This document shows positions 40,845-51,038 of a stretch of 64,000 nt of DNA, piece by piece. The stretch spans positions 206,724 to 270,723 of the forward strand of contig JBJMMD010000016.1 in the NCBI GenBank assembly GCA_045804965.1, in the 5' to 3' direction. The first letter of the stretch is position 1. Each line of letters begins with the position of its first letter. This DNA is from Thermomicrobiales bacterium. Its GTDB lineage: Bacteria > Chloroflexota > Chloroflexia > Thermomicrobiales > UBA6265. Both the position numbers and the translations under genes were made by a program. The notes under the pieces are model-generated. The model saw only the letters and a program-made list of their open reading frames with translations. It did not search any database and was not told the DNA's origin.

Positions 40845-42847
40845 GCCGTTTCCTCCTCAGGACCCTGGTGGTCGCCGCCACTGGTTGCTTTCGGAGTCGC
40901 TTGCCGGACCGAACCGGGACTTTGCACGCTCGCGCGCAACGCCGCGAGCCGGTCCGCCAGCTCGCCCAGATCGGGTCGGTGAAGGTGAAGACGGGCGATG
41001 GTTGGCAGATTCGGGATATTGGGGAGGCTCAGGTTGCGGTTTTCCCAACGCACGCGCAGATCATCCCGCAATTCGCTAATAGATTTGCTCAGCGTTCGTT
41101 GCAACTCCTGCAATTCTTTCAATTCGAGCCGCGCCGCTTCGCGACCTTCGGGCGTCGTTTGGCCCATATACCGCGTCTTGCGCGAGCGATCTTCGAGCAA
41201 CTTTCGGGGGCCAACTCCTGCAAGGTCCGCGAGCGACTGGACAATCGCTATTCTGAGTTGCGCCGCCGCGAATACGATGTCTTCGTGCGCCCCGCCCGGC
41301 GGCTCAGGCACGATCGTCGTGACCACGCCTAATCTCAGGCATTCGCGCGAGGTGAGCTTGAGCGAGGTCACGGCGCTCGTCGCGTGACTCGATGACCGGT
41401 GGAGCGGCATGCCCGCTGTTTCTGGACCGACCACGGAGTAGACGGCGTTTTCTTGCATGAGGATGCGGTCACCGACGCCGAGCGCGATCGCGCCGCTGCC
41501 GCCGCCCTCACCGATCAGGGTGCAGATGACGGGCACTGGCAACATGCTGATCATCGCCAGCGATTGAGCGATGGCCATCCCGATCCCGTCGACTTCAGCC
41601 GCAACGCCGGTCGCGGTTCCCGGGGTGTCGATCAGCGTCACGAGTGGCAATTCGAGGTGGCCGGCGAGCCGCATCAGACGAACCGCTTTGCGGTAGCCCG
41701 CGGCGGTCGAACGGGCTTCGGTCGTCGCCCCGTGACTTCGATCCTGGCCGATAACGGCGACGGTCACGCCATCAAGGCGGCCGATGCCGCAGACAACGGC
41801 GGGATCGTCGCCCGTGGCGCGATCGCCGTGCAGCTCGACAAACGACGGCATCAACGTGCGAATGTAATCCCTGCTTGTCGGTCGCCCCACATGCCGCGCC
41901 CGCACTTCGGCTTCCCAGGTCGGCACGCTCCTGGCGTTGAACGACGCCAATGGCGTATTCGGCCGCGGTGTGCCGCGCATGGCGAAGAGGGCCAGGAAGT
42001 TTGCGAGCAAATCTCGAAGCTTCGCCCGATCGACGATGTCGTCGATCATCCCGTGCGCCAACATCTCCTCGGCGGTGGTCGTCCCACCCTCGCCGAGACC
42101 CGGGGTTAGGCGCCGCGCCGGATTCAGGCCAATCCATGCGCCTGGTTCGGCCAGAATGATGTCCGCCTGAGCGCCCAGGCCCGCATAAACGCCGCCCGTT
42201 GTGGGATGAGTGAGCACGCTAATGAACGGGACGCCGGCGCGATGGAGCCGCGCGGAGGCGGAGGCAGTCTTCGCAATTTGGACAAGCGACAACATGCCTT
42301 CTTGTGTTCGCGCGCCGCCACCGGAGGAAAACACGATCAACGGCAACCGCCGCGTCGCCGCCAGCTCCATCGCGAGCACAATTTTTTCGCCCGCGACGAC
42401 GCCGATGCTGCCGCCGAGGTATTGGCAATCAAGCAAGATCAAAACGGCCGGCTGCCCGCCGATCTCGCCGGACCCGGTGATCACCGCTTCCGAGACGCCG
42501 GTTCGCTCCTGCGCTTCGGCAAGCCGGTCCGGAAAAGGAAGCTGGTCGTGGAAGACGAGCGGATCGACCGAGATCAGCGCCGCATTCGTCTCCTGGAAAG
42601 TACCAGGATCGACGACGAGCGTCAGGCGCTCGCGCGCCGGCAGAGAAAAGTGGCGATGACAGGAAGGGCATACCCGGAAGATTTCAAAGAGCTCATTGCC
42701 CAACAGGTTTATGCCGCAGGTTGGGCAGTCGAGCTCAAAATCGGCGGCGATATCGATAAGGCTCGCATCGGTTTCTACGGCGCTCGCCTTGCCTCGATCC
42801 GATGCATCGCGCAGAGAACGTCTGGGGAGAGGATCAGGGAGTGTCAT
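40841..42847 (-). CDS. Fused acetyl-CoA carboxylase carboxyltransferase beta+alpha (AccD-AccA), divergent, with C-terminal extension
   Basis: CPTC..CPSC Zn finger, GGSIG..GEK, GGARTQEG, PTTGGV, ELHGDR, IDTPG, GEGGSG; start codon uncertain (42847 or 42904). Confidence 0.88.
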   Translation of the reverse strand: MTLPDPLPRRSLRDASDRGKASAVETDASLIDIAADFELDCPTCGINLLGNELFEIFRVCPSCHRHFSLPARERLTLVVDPGTFQETNAALISVDPLVFHDQLPFPDRLAEAQERTGVSEAVITGSGEIGGQPAVLILLDCQYLGGSIGVVAGEKIVLAMELAATRRLPLIVFSSGGGARTQEGMLSLVQIAKTASASARLHRAGVPFISVLTHPTTGGVYAGLGAQADIILAEPGAWIGLNPARRLTPGLGEGGTTTAEEMLAHGMIDDIVDRAKLRDLLANFLALFAMRGTPRPNTPLASFNARSVPTWEAEVRARHVGRPTSRDYIRTLMPSFVELHGDRATGDDPAVVCGIGRLDGVTVAVIGQDRSHGATTEARSTAAGYRKAVRLMRLAGHLELPLVTLIDTPGTATGVAAEVDGIGMAIAQSLAMISMLPVPVICTLIGEGGGSGAIALGVGDRILMQENAVYSVVGPETAGMPLHRSSSHATSAVTSLKLTSRECLRLGVVTTIVPEPPGGAHEDIVFAAAQLRIAIVQSLADLAGVGPRKLLEDRSRKTRYMGQTTPEGREAARLELKELQELQRTLSKSISELRDDLRVRWENRNLSLPNIPNLPTIARLHLHRPDLGELADRLAALRASVQSPGSVRQATPKATSGGDHQGPEEETA

Positions 42848-43016
42848 AGAGCATCCGTTCGCATGATTCCTGCCAGCCGACGCCGCGGGATCGCGTATCA
42901 ACATCGTAGGGACTCGCTTGCGGAGCGTCAAATTCCATAGCTCCCAAAGTCTCGCGGGAGCACCCCTCCTCGGATATGATCGCCGCTCAAACTCAACGGC
43001 CTTCGAAGGAGATGAG

Positions 43017-44741
43017 ATGGTTGCGCGAAGTGCATGGATTGTCGACCGGAGCGAGGCCACATCGCGCCGGGGTATGGTCGCGGCGAAGACAGGTTTCGCG
43101 GCTGATGCCGGGGCTGAGGCGCTCGAGCGCGGCGGGAATGCCATCGACGCGGCGGTGACTGCGGGGCTGACCGCCTGGGTCGTCGAACCCTGGATGAATG
43201 GTATCGGCGGCGGCGGGTTCATTGTCGCCCACTTTCCCGCGCACCAGGAATCGGTTGTCGTTGAGTTTCCGATGATCTCGCCCGCCGCGGCGACGCCAGA
43301 CATGTTCACGCTCGCCGGCGCCGGAACCGATGATGCGCTCTTCGGCTGGCCCGCGGTGACCGGCAATGAAAATGTCGTCGGGCACAAATCCGCGGCGGTC
43401 CCCGGGGCGGTCGCCGGACTCGCACTTGCGCTTGATCGCTTTGGCACGATCTCGTTCGCGGAAGCGCTCGCCCCAGCGGTCCGCTATGCCGAAGAAGGTT
43501 TTCCGATCGAGTGGAACGCAAGCCACTACATCTCCCGCGACTTCGCGAATCTAAAGCGCTTTCCCGCGACCGCCGAGGTTTTCTTAGATAGTACCGGCAA
43601 TCCGCCGTTTTCCCCAGAGGGAACACCGGTCTTCCTTCGCCAGCCTAATCTCGCGCAAACCCTGCGCACATTGGCTGATGAGGGGCCTCGAACATTCTAT
43701 GAAGGCGAACTAGCGCGCCGCATCACCGCCCATCTCGCCGACAACGGCGCACCGTTGACGACCGAGGATTTGGCCGGTTACGACGCGCGCATCTCGAAAC
43801 CGATCGTAGCCGGGTATCGCGATCATCAAGTGCTAACGATTGGCAGTGGAACCGGCGGCACTACCCTCGCCCAGTCACTCAATATCCTCGACCAGACAAC
43901 AGTTTCGGGGCTCGGGCACAATTCGCCGCAAGCCCTGCACGCAATGGCCCAGGCGTTCCGACTCGCCTTTGCCGACCGGTACGCCTATCTCGCCGATCCA
44001 GACAAGATCGAAGTGCCGATTGAGGCGATGCTCTCAACCGATTACCTGGCCGCTCGCGCGACGCTGATTCAAAGCGGAAACTTCGACGGCGTTCTCCCCG
44101 GATCCAAGGAACAGCTTGGCGTCAGCCACGACATGCCGGGATCCTTGCCCGAATACATCGGCAGCGGCTGCACCACCCACATCAGCGCCATTGATGGCTC
44201 CGGCAACGCGGTCTCGCTGACCCAAACCTTGCTCAGTGCCTGGGGGAGTCGAGTCGTTGTCCCGGGCACGGGCGTGCTCCTGAACAACGGCATGATGTGG
44301 TTCGATCCGGTTCCGGGCCGGCCGAACTCGGTCGGCGGCAACCAGCGGCCGCTCTCGAATATGTCCCCGGCGATAGTCCTCCGCGACGGGCGGCCGCTGG
44401 CGGCGCTCGGTGCCAGCGGCGGGCGGCGTATTCTCAATTGTGTGGCGCAACTTGTCTTCAATCTCGTCGACCACGGAATGACCATGCAGCCGGCAGTGAG
44501 CGCTCCCCGTATCGATGCATCAACGCCTGAATTGCTGGTCAGTGACCGCTTTCCGCTTGATACGCAGCATGCCTTGCGCGATCTGGGCCACCAGGTGGTC
44601 AGCCGCGACGAGCAGGACTTCCACGGTGATTTCGCCTCACCCGCCTGCGTCCAACTTGGCCAGGACGGAATGTTCCGTGGCGGCGTCGATCCCTATTACC
44701 GGCCCGCGACAGCCACCGGCGTCCCAGCCGTTACGGCGTGA
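43017..44741 (+). CDS. ggt: Gamma-glutamyltransferase family protein (no signal peptide)
   Basis: GGNAIDAAV, GIGGGGF, AFADR, CTTHISAID (Thr nucleophile), LNNGM, LSNMSP, GASGG. Confidence 0.92.
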   Translation: MVARSAWIVDRSEATSRRGMVAAKTGFAADAGAEALERGGNAIDAAVTAGLTAWVVEPWMNGIGGGGFIVAHFPAHQESVVVEFPMISPAAATPDMFTLAGAGTDDALFGWPAVTGNENVVGHKSAAVPGAVAGLALALDRFGTISFAEALAPAVRYAEEGFPIEWNASHYISRDFANLKRFPATAEVFLDSTGNPPFSPEGTPVFLRQPNLAQTLRTLADEGPRTFYEGELARRITAHLADNGAPLTTEDLAGYDARISKPIVAGYRDHQVLTIGSGTGGTTLAQSLNILDQTTVSGLGHNSPQALHAMAQAFRLAFADRYAYLADPDKIEVPIEAMLSTDYLAARATLIQSGNFDGVLPGSKEQLGVSHDMPGSLPEYIGSGCTTHISAIDGSGNAVSLTQTLLSAWGSRVVVPGTGVLLNNGMMWFDPVPGRPNSVGGNQRPLSNMSPAIVLRDGRPLAALGASGGRRILNCVAQLVFNLVDHGMTMQPAVSAPRIDASTPELLVSDRFPLDTQHALRDLGHQVVSRDEQDFHGDFASPACVQLGQDGMFRGGVDPYYRPATATGVPAVTA

Positions 44742-45885
44742 GCACTACCTTGATCACGCCGTCGTCTTTCTTGTCGAAGAGAGCGTACGCTTCGGCGGCC
44801 CGGTCCAGCGGCATCCGATGGGTGATCACAAAAGTGGGATCAATCTGTCCCGCTTCGATTCGCTGCAAAAGATCGCGCCAATACTTCTGGATGTTGACCT
44901 GACCACCACGAATCGTCAGGCCCTTCTCCATCATGGCGCCAACCGGAAACTGATTTGCGTATCCGATGAAGTCGCCAATAACGGCGACCGTGCCGCCCTT
45001 CCGGACCGACCTGATCGCATCCGAAAGCCCGTCGATGGCATCGGACTCGAGTTTGAGCTTCTGTTGAACCTTGTGGCGGAGCGACCGTGCGTAGCGAAAA
45101 CCGGCAGCCTCAATGCAGACATCGGGACCGCGGCCTTCCGTTAATTCGCGGAGCGTCTTGGTCGGTTCGGATTCGTCAAAATTGATTGTCTCCGCCCCGA
45201 ATGTCTCCCGGGCGAGATCGAGCCGATAGCCGATATTGTCAATCGCGATCACGCGTTGCGCGCCGCGCACCCGCGCCCACGCCGTCGCCATCAGCCCGAC
45301 CGGACCGCAGCCGAAGATCGCCACCGTCTGTCCGTTGCACACACCGCCCAATTCGTTTGCATGCCAGCCAGTACAGAGGATGTCGGACAGAAACAGCACT
45401 TGCTCGTCTTCCAGGTGCTCAGGAACCGGCAAGCAACACACATCAGCATGCGGAACGCGTACGTATTCTGCCTGCCCGCCGGCGAAGCCACCCACAAGGT
45501 GGGAATAGCCAAAAATGCCAGCCGTGTGCTGCCCGTAGATCTCTTGCATCACCGGATTCGGATTAGTCGTTTCGCAAAGACTAAAGAGCCCATCCTTGCA
45601 AAACGAGCAGGTTCCGTCGGCGATCACCGCGGAAACGACAACGCGGTCTCCGGGCTTAATCGACTGAACGTCCGGCCCGACCTCTTCGACGATGCCCATG
45701 CATTCATGGCCAAGGATGTCGCCATCCTTCGTGTCAGGAATGTCGCCATGATAAAGGTGAAGATCGGAACCGCAGATCGTCGTCAGCGTGATCCGGACAA
45801 CCGCGTCTGTCGAATCGCCAATCACGGGTTTGGGACAGTCTTCGACCCGGACATCCTCCGCGCCGTGATAGACCAGTGCCTTCAT
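44731..45885 (-). CDS. Zn-dependent alcohol/formaldehyde dehydrogenase (YbdR-like)
   Basis: ICGSDLH, GHE, GGQAEYVRVP, LSDILCTG, GCGPVG. Confidence 0.92.
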   Translation of the reverse strand: MKALVYHGAEDVRVEDCPKPVIGDSTDAVVRITLTTICGSDLHLYHGDIPDTKDGDILGHECMGIVEEVGPDVQSIKPGDRVVVSAVIADGTCSFCKDGLFSLCETTNPNPVMQEIYGQHTAGIFGYSHLVGGFAGGQAEYVRVPHADVCCLPVPEHLEDEQVLFLSDILCTGWHANELGGVCNGQTVAIFGCGPVGLMATAWARVRGAQRVIAIDNIGYRLDLARETFGAETINFDESEPTKTLRELTEGRGPDVCIEAAGFRYARSLRHKVQQKLKLESDAIDGLSDAIRSVRKGGTVAVIGDFIGYANQFPVGAMMEKGLTIRGGQVNIQKYWRDLLQRIEAGQIDPTFVITHRMPLDRAAEAYALFDKKDDGVIKVVLTP

Positions 45886-45890
45886 CGCCT

Positions 45891-46976
45891 TCACTCCTGG
45901 CCTGTCGTCCTGTCTGGTCGATTGCGAAGGTTCTCGACCCGCGACCATTCCGACTGTGTTGAGAACTGATTCAACTGGCTCGCGGCCGATCGTCCGAGTG
46001 TTGTGAGCCTGTCTCGCCAATGCTCGTCCGACGCCGCTTCGATCTCGAGCCCCCTGACCGCTTCGTCGCCATTTGGCGCGGGCAACATCCGGTTCACCAA
46101 CCCGATCAATTGGGCGGTGAGGCCGGGCGCGATTCCATGGAATCGAGCAGCGATGAACGCGGGCAACGTAATCACCCGGTCAGCTTCTCTGCGCTTGGTC
46201 GCGCGGATGATCTGGCGCGCGGCGCGATCCGCATCTATCGAGATCACAGGCAAGCTGGCTGCTAACGAAAACCACGTATATTCCTCTTCAACCCGGCCCT
46301 TGAACAGCGCGTTGAGATGCGAGCCGGTCCGCATGAGGCCGGGGGTAATCGTGGTGACGGTAATACCCTGCTGGGCGAGCTCGGCGTGGAGTCCTTCCGA
46401 GAAACCGGTCGCCGCGAACTTGGCAGCGTCGTAGGGGAGCAAATGCGCCATGGCCATGCGGCCGCCGATTGAGGTGATATTGACGATTCGGCCGCTCTTC
46501 CGCTCCCGCATGCTCGGCAAGACGGCCAACGTCGGATAGAGCATTCCCCAGAACATGATGTCCATAGCCTGCTTGAAATCGTCGATCCGGCTCGATTCCA
46601 GCGGTCCAACCGTGATCACGCCCGCGTTGTTGATGAGCAGATCAATCGGTCCAAACCGCTTGCTCGCGATCGCGACCAGCTGTTCAACCTGGGCTTGGTT
46701 GGCAACATCGCATCGCGTGGCGAGAACCACGGCGCCGCGGGCGGCGAGTTCTTCCCGTGCCTGCTCGAGTTCAGCCACCTCGCGCGAACAGATCACCACC
46801 TTGCAGCCCTCGTCCGCGAGTCCGCGAGCGAGGGCAAGACCAAGTCCTCGCGAGCCTCCGGTGATCAGGGCCACCTTTCCGCCGAGATCGTCCTCTCGTA
46901 GACGCTGCGCAAACTCGCGACCAACGACGCTGGCCGCAAGTGCGCCCGCAACGAAGTTCCGCTTGTTACCAATCAT
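45891..46976 (-). CDS. SDR family oxidoreductase
   Basis: TGGSRGLG, NNAG, SIGG, YDAAK, PGLMRTGS. Confidence 0.93.
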   Translation of the reverse strand: MIGNKRNFVAGALAASVVGREFAQRLREDDLGGKVALITGGSRGLGLALARGLADEGCKVVICSREVAELEQAREELAARGAVVLATRCDVANQAQVEQLVAIASKRFGPIDLLINNAGVITVGPLESSRIDDFKQAMDIMFWGMLYPTLAVLPSMRERKSGRIVNITSIGGRMAMAHLLPYDAAKFAATGFSEGLHAELAQQGITVTTITPGLMRTGSHLNALFKGRVEEEYTWFSLAASLPVISIDADRAARQIIRATKRREADRVITLPAFIAARFHGIAPGLTAQLIGLVNRMLPAPNGDEAVRGLEIEAASDEHWRDRLTTLGRSAASQLNQFSTQSEWSRVENLRNRPDRTTGQE

Positions 46977-47011
46977 TCGTCGCCTCCTTTCCCTTCCTCG
47001 CACCACAGAGG

Positions 47012-47027
47012 CGCATGTGATGTGCCA
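47012..47027 (-). promoter_or_regulatory. Sigma54-type motif TGGCACATCACATGCG upstream of the SDR-dehydrogenase pair
   Basis: TGGCAC, GG-N10-GC, about 35 nt before the start. Confidence 0.6.
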
Positions 47028-47032
47028 GGCCG

Positions 47033-47048
47033 GGGCAGGAAAGTTGCG
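47033..47048 (+). promoter_or_regulatory. Sigma54-type motif GGGCAGGAAAGTTGCG upstream of the 47099 ORF
   Basis: GGCA..TTGC, GG-N10-GC; back-to-back with the 47012 motif. Confidence 0.5.
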
Positions 47049-47098
47049 TTCGCAGCACGGTGATTCGGTCGCGCAGGTCAACTGGAGGGGGAGTGGGA

Positions 47099-47611
47099 AT
47101 GGCGCGCTTGCTTGGCGGGGGTTTGGCGGGACTCCTGGCGACCTTTCCAATGTCATTTGTGATCGTGCTCGGCCGCAAGGTGGGCATGCTCTGGACGCCG
47201 CCGCCAAAGCAAATCACCGGCCGCGTTGCCAAAAAGGCAGGGGTCGAGCCACACGCGGATCAGGAAGCGTTCACGCTGAGTTGGGTCGCCGCGCATTTCG
47301 GTTATGGCGCGGCCTGCGGCGCGATCTACAGTGTGGCGAGGCCCCTGCTGCCAGCAAATCGCCGTGTTGCCGGAATGCTGTTCGGCGGCGTTGTGTGGGG
47401 CGTCAGCTACCTCGGCTACATCCCCGCGATCGGTCTCTACCCCTGGCCGAAGGATGACTCAAAATCACGCATGGCTGTCATGATCGCCGCCCACGCGGTC
47501 TATGGCGTCGCCACCTCACAGATCGACCAAGCCCTCTTCTCGACGCCTGAGGCGGCCAATTATCCTGCCGTCCTTCAATCTACCGACGAATTCGTGTATC
47601 GTCAGGCTTGA
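47099..47611 (+). CDS. Membrane protein (DUF1440/DUF6789-like)
   Basis: GGLAGLLATFPMS, AHFGYGA, GVVWGVSYLG, AHAVYG hydrophobic pattern. Confidence 0.75.
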   Translation: MARLLGGGLAGLLATFPMSFVIVLGRKVGMLWTPPPKQITGRVAKKAGVEPHADQEAFTLSWVAAHFGYGAACGAIYSVARPLLPANRRVAGMLFGGVVWGVSYLGYIPAIGLYPWPKDDSKSRMAVMIAAHAVYGVATSQIDQALFSTPEAANYPAVLQSTDEFVYRQA

Positions 47612-47829
47612 ACTGACGACTGACTGATTAATTGATAAGATGGTGCTTCTCACCAACACCCTCAACCGAGGGCCGCGTCCAGTTCAGGGTTCCCAAGACG
47701 ATTGAAAGGAGGAATAGGATCCGCTGAGTCAAGCCGAACGTCGGTCCGATCATCTCCGATCGCGACTGACTGTAGAGATTGGATCGATTCAGCACAGTTC
47801 ATAGCAACGAGAGAAGGGAGTGGATTTTG

Positions 47830-49200
47830 ATGAAACGACCGCTCGCGCTCATCGTCGTGCTTCTACTGATAGTTCCGCTGATCGGGATGATTTCCGGCCC
47901 TGGAACCGCCGGCGCGCAAAACGCCACCCCGGCAGTCAACACCGACATTTCGGGTGAGCTCAATGTCGCGATGGTGGCCAATCCACAGATGGTCGCCCTC
48001 CAGAAACTAGCGCCGGAATTCGAAAAGGCGTACCCAAACATCAAGCTGAATCTTCTGGTCCTGCCGGAAAACGAAGTGCGCGATCGCATTCGCACTGACG
48101 TCTCCACGCAGGCTGGGCAGTTCGACCTCGTCACAATCGGCATGTACGAGGCGTCAAATTACGCGCAAAACGGCTGGGTGCTCGATGTCGGCACGCCGTT
48201 GCAGGCTGACGCTTCTTACGACTACAACGACATCTTCCCGGCGATGGTGAGCGCGCTCTCTTACAAGGACAAGCTCTATGCCGCTCCGTTCTACGGCGAG
48301 AGCTCGATGGTCTTCTACCGCAAGGACCTCTTCCAGAAAGCCGGGTTGGAGATGCCGGAAAAGCCAACCTGGGACGATATCGGCCAATTCGCGCAAAAGC
48401 TCCACCACCCGCCGGACAATTACGGCATTTGCCTGCGTGGTTTGCCGGGTTGGGGCGAACAGGGAGCCCCGCTGACCAGCGTCATCAACGCGTTCGGTGG
48501 CCGTTGGTACGACGAGAACTGGAAGGCGCAGCTCGACTCCGAAAACAGCAAGGCTGCGATCAAGTTCTATACCGATCTGGTCAAAAACTACGGCGAGCCA
48601 AGCGCGACCCAGGCCGGCTTCACCGAGTGTGAAAACCTCTTCACGCAAGGAAAAGTCGCGATGTGGTACGACGCGACCTCAGCGGCAGACCTCCTGGCCG
48701 ACTCCAAGATCAATCCGCAAGCGGCTAACACCGGCTTTGCCTACCAACCGACCGAGAAAATCTCGAGCGGCTGGCTGTGGGCGTGGGCCTTCGCGATTGA
48801 GAAGAGCACGAAGCATCAAGACGCCGCACTTGCCTTCGTCAAGTGGGCAACCTCGAAGGATTATGTCCAGCTTGTCGCCAAGTCCCAGGGCTGGGGCTCA
48901 GTGCCTTCGGGAGCGCGCGCATCCACGTATGCAGACCCCGGCTACAAAGAGTACGCCAAGGCTTTTTCCGATATCGTGCTCAAAACGATCGAAGCGCAGG
49001 ACCCGACCAAGTGTTGCGTCGATCCTGTGCCGTACCACGGACTTCAATTCGTGCAAATCCCTGAGTTCGCTTCGCTTGGCAACGACGTGACAGCCGAGTT
49101 TGCCGCAGTGATTGCTGGAAATGAAAGCGCCGATGACGCGATCAAGAAGGCTAACGATCTCGCCAACCAAACCGCAATCGACGGCGGTTACCAGACTTAA
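47830..49200 (+). CDS. Polyol (sorbitol/mannitol SmoE-like) ABC substrate-binding protein
   Basis: VANPQM, LPENEVR, APFYGESS, GICLRGLPGWGE, MWYDAT, GWLWAW, QFVQIPEF. Confidence 0.88.
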   Translation: MKRPLALIVVLLLIVPLIGMISGPGTAGAQNATPAVNTDISGELNVAMVANPQMVALQKLAPEFEKAYPNIKLNLLVLPENEVRDRIRTDVSTQAGQFDLVTIGMYEASNYAQNGWVLDVGTPLQADASYDYNDIFPAMVSALSYKDKLYAAPFYGESSMVFYRKDLFQKAGLEMPEKPTWDDIGQFAQKLHHPPDNYGICLRGLPGWGEQGAPLTSVINAFGGRWYDENWKAQLDSENSKAAIKFYTDLVKNYGEPSATQAGFTECENLFTQGKVAMWYDATSAADLLADSKINPQAANTGFAYQPTEKISSGWLWAWAFAIEKSTKHQDAALAFVKWATSKDYVQLVAKSQGWGSVPSGARASTYADPGYKEYAKAFSDIVLKTIEAQDPTKCCVDPVPYHGLQFVQIPEFASLGNDVTAEFAAVIAGNESADDAIKKANDLANQTAIDGGYQT

Positions 49201-49227
49201 CAGTCGCCGCTGCATCAGAGAACATCG

Positions 49228-50190
49228 ATGGCGGTCGTAGACCAGCAAGCGGAAGTGGCGAGGGGCCAACTTGGCGGCCCCTCGCTCGCCCGACGTTTTC
49301 GCTGGTTCAATTCGAGCCGGCTGCTGATCACGCCTGCCTTGATTTTTGCGGTCCTCGTCACGCAAGCGCCGTTCGTGCTCACGCTGTACTACAGCACGCT
49401 TCGCTGGAACTTGCTGAGACCAGAAACAAAGGGCTTCGTCGGGCTCGAGAATTACCGGCGTATCCTCTTCGACGACGACGTCTTTCGCACCGCGATCTTG
49501 AATACGCTTGTCTTTACTGTAGGTGTCGTCACTGCCTCGATGTTACTCGGGCTGTTCTACGCCGAGCTCGTCAACCACCGATTTCCAGGACGTGGCATCG
49601 TGCGCACGATGCTTATCACACCGTTTCTCGTGATGCCGGTGGTCACCGCCCTGAGCTGGAAATACACGATGTTCGATCCCGACTTTGGCATCATCGACTG
49701 GGTGCTGCGCGAGGTTCAGCCCGGCAATTCAGACTGGAACCCGGTCTGGCTTTCCCATTACCCGAAGGAATCGATCATCATCATGCTCGTCTGGCGGTGG
49801 GCTCCGTTCATGATGCTGATACTGCTCGCTGGCATGCAGTCGATCGACGAAGAGGTACGTGAAGCGGCCAGAGTTGATGGCGCGACCGCACTTCAGGAGT
49901 TCTTCGGGATTACCCTGCCCCATCTCTACCGATACATGCAATTGGGGGCGTTGCTCGGCACGGTCTACATCGTGCAAGAGTTCGACGCCATCTTTATGAC
50001 AACTCAGGGCGGACCAGGAACCGCGACTATGAATCTCTCATTCATGGTCTATCGGCGCGCAATCGCAGGCAGCAACGTGGGTTATGGTGCAGCGCTTGGC
50101 GTGGTGATTGTCGCGTTGACCATTGTTGCGATGACGCTCATTCTGCGCGTGCTCGACCGCATGATGCGAGGGGCCTATGAGGAGCGCTAG
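49228..50190 (+). CDS. Carbohydrate ABC permease (SmoF-like)
   Basis: TQAPF, ITPFLVMP, EAARVDGA, TQGGPG. Confidence 0.92.
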   Translation: MAVVDQQAEVARGQLGGPSLARRFRWFNSSRLLITPALIFAVLVTQAPFVLTLYYSTLRWNLLRPETKGFVGLENYRRILFDDDVFRTAILNTLVFTVGVVTASMLLGLFYAELVNHRFPGRGIVRTMLITPFLVMPVVTALSWKYTMFDPDFGIIDWVLREVQPGNSDWNPVWLSHYPKESIIIMLVWRWAPFMMLILLAGMQSIDEEVREAARVDGATALQEFFGITLPHLYRYMQLGALLGTVYIVQEFDAIFMTTQGGPGTATMNLSFMVYRRAIAGSNVGYGAALGVVIVALTIVAMTLILRVLDRMMRGAYEER

Positions 50191-51019
50191 ACAACGCGGG
50201 TTGAGGAAAGAACGCGCACCGCTCGCTTGGTCAATACTTGCCTGGATCGTCGGATTGCTCGCATTCTTTCCGGTGCTCTACGCCGTCCTAACTGGATTTA
50301 AATCGGAGGCCGACGCGATCAAGCTGCCGCCCAAGCTGGTGTTCAAGCCGACCTTGGACCAGTATCGAGAAATCGTCGATCTCGGATTCGTTCCCTTTTT
50401 CCGCAACTCGTTCATCACGGTCAGTGTTTCAACATTGCTGGTGCTGCTCCTTGCGGTGCCCGCCGCCTATGCGCTCGCGCTGAGACCGGTCGCGAAATGG
50501 CGTGATGTACTCTTCTTCTTCATCTCGACCAAGTTCATGCCGCCCGCCGGCATCATCATCGCCCTGTACATCATTTACCGAGATATTAATTTTCTGAATA
50601 CGAAGATCGGATTGATCATCGTCTTCACCGCGATCAATTTGCCGATTGCGATCTGGATGTTGCGCTCCTTTTTTGAGGAGGTGCCTCGAGATGTGATCGA
50701 CGCAGCGCGTGTGGACGGCGCCGGCGTGATACGCGAAATGACACAAATCATCTTGCCGATGGTCGGACCCGGCATCGCGGCTACCGCCTTCATCGCCAGC
50801 ATCTTCGCCTGGAACGAGTTCTTTTTCGCCGTCAATCTGGTTGCGACCGACCAATCCGCAACCGTGCCCTTGTTCATGCAGAAGTTCATCACCTCAGAAG
50901 GTCTGTTCTGGGCGAAACTTTCTGCCGCAAGCACGATGGCGATCGCGCCGGTAGTCTTGCTGGGATGGATTTCACAACGACAATTAGTCCGCGGTCTGTC
51001 AATGGGTGCGGTCAAATAA
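50177..51019 (+). CDS. Carbohydrate ABC permease (SmoG-like)
   Basis: FFFISTKFMP, DAARVDGA, FAWNEFF, EGLFWAKLSA, LVRGLSMGAVK. Confidence 0.92.
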   Translation: MRSARQRGLRKERAPLAWSILAWIVGLLAFFPVLYAVLTGFKSEADAIKLPPKLVFKPTLDQYREIVDLGFVPFFRNSFITVSVSTLLVLLLAVPAAYALALRPVAKWRDVLFFFISTKFMPPAGIIIALYIIYRDINFLNTKIGLIIVFTAINLPIAIWMLRSFFEEVPRDVIDAARVDGAGVIREMTQIILPMVGPGIAATAFIASIFAWNEFFFAVNLVATDQSATVPLFMQKFITSEGLFWAKLSAASTMAIAPVVLLGWISQRQLVRGLSMGAVK

Positions 51020-51038
51020 GCACGAAAGGACGATTGAG

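Noticed and set aside
42905-43447. N-terminal ~180-aa extension of the 868-aa accDA ORF
   Set aside because: It is antisense to the conserved ggt N-terminus; the real start is downstream.
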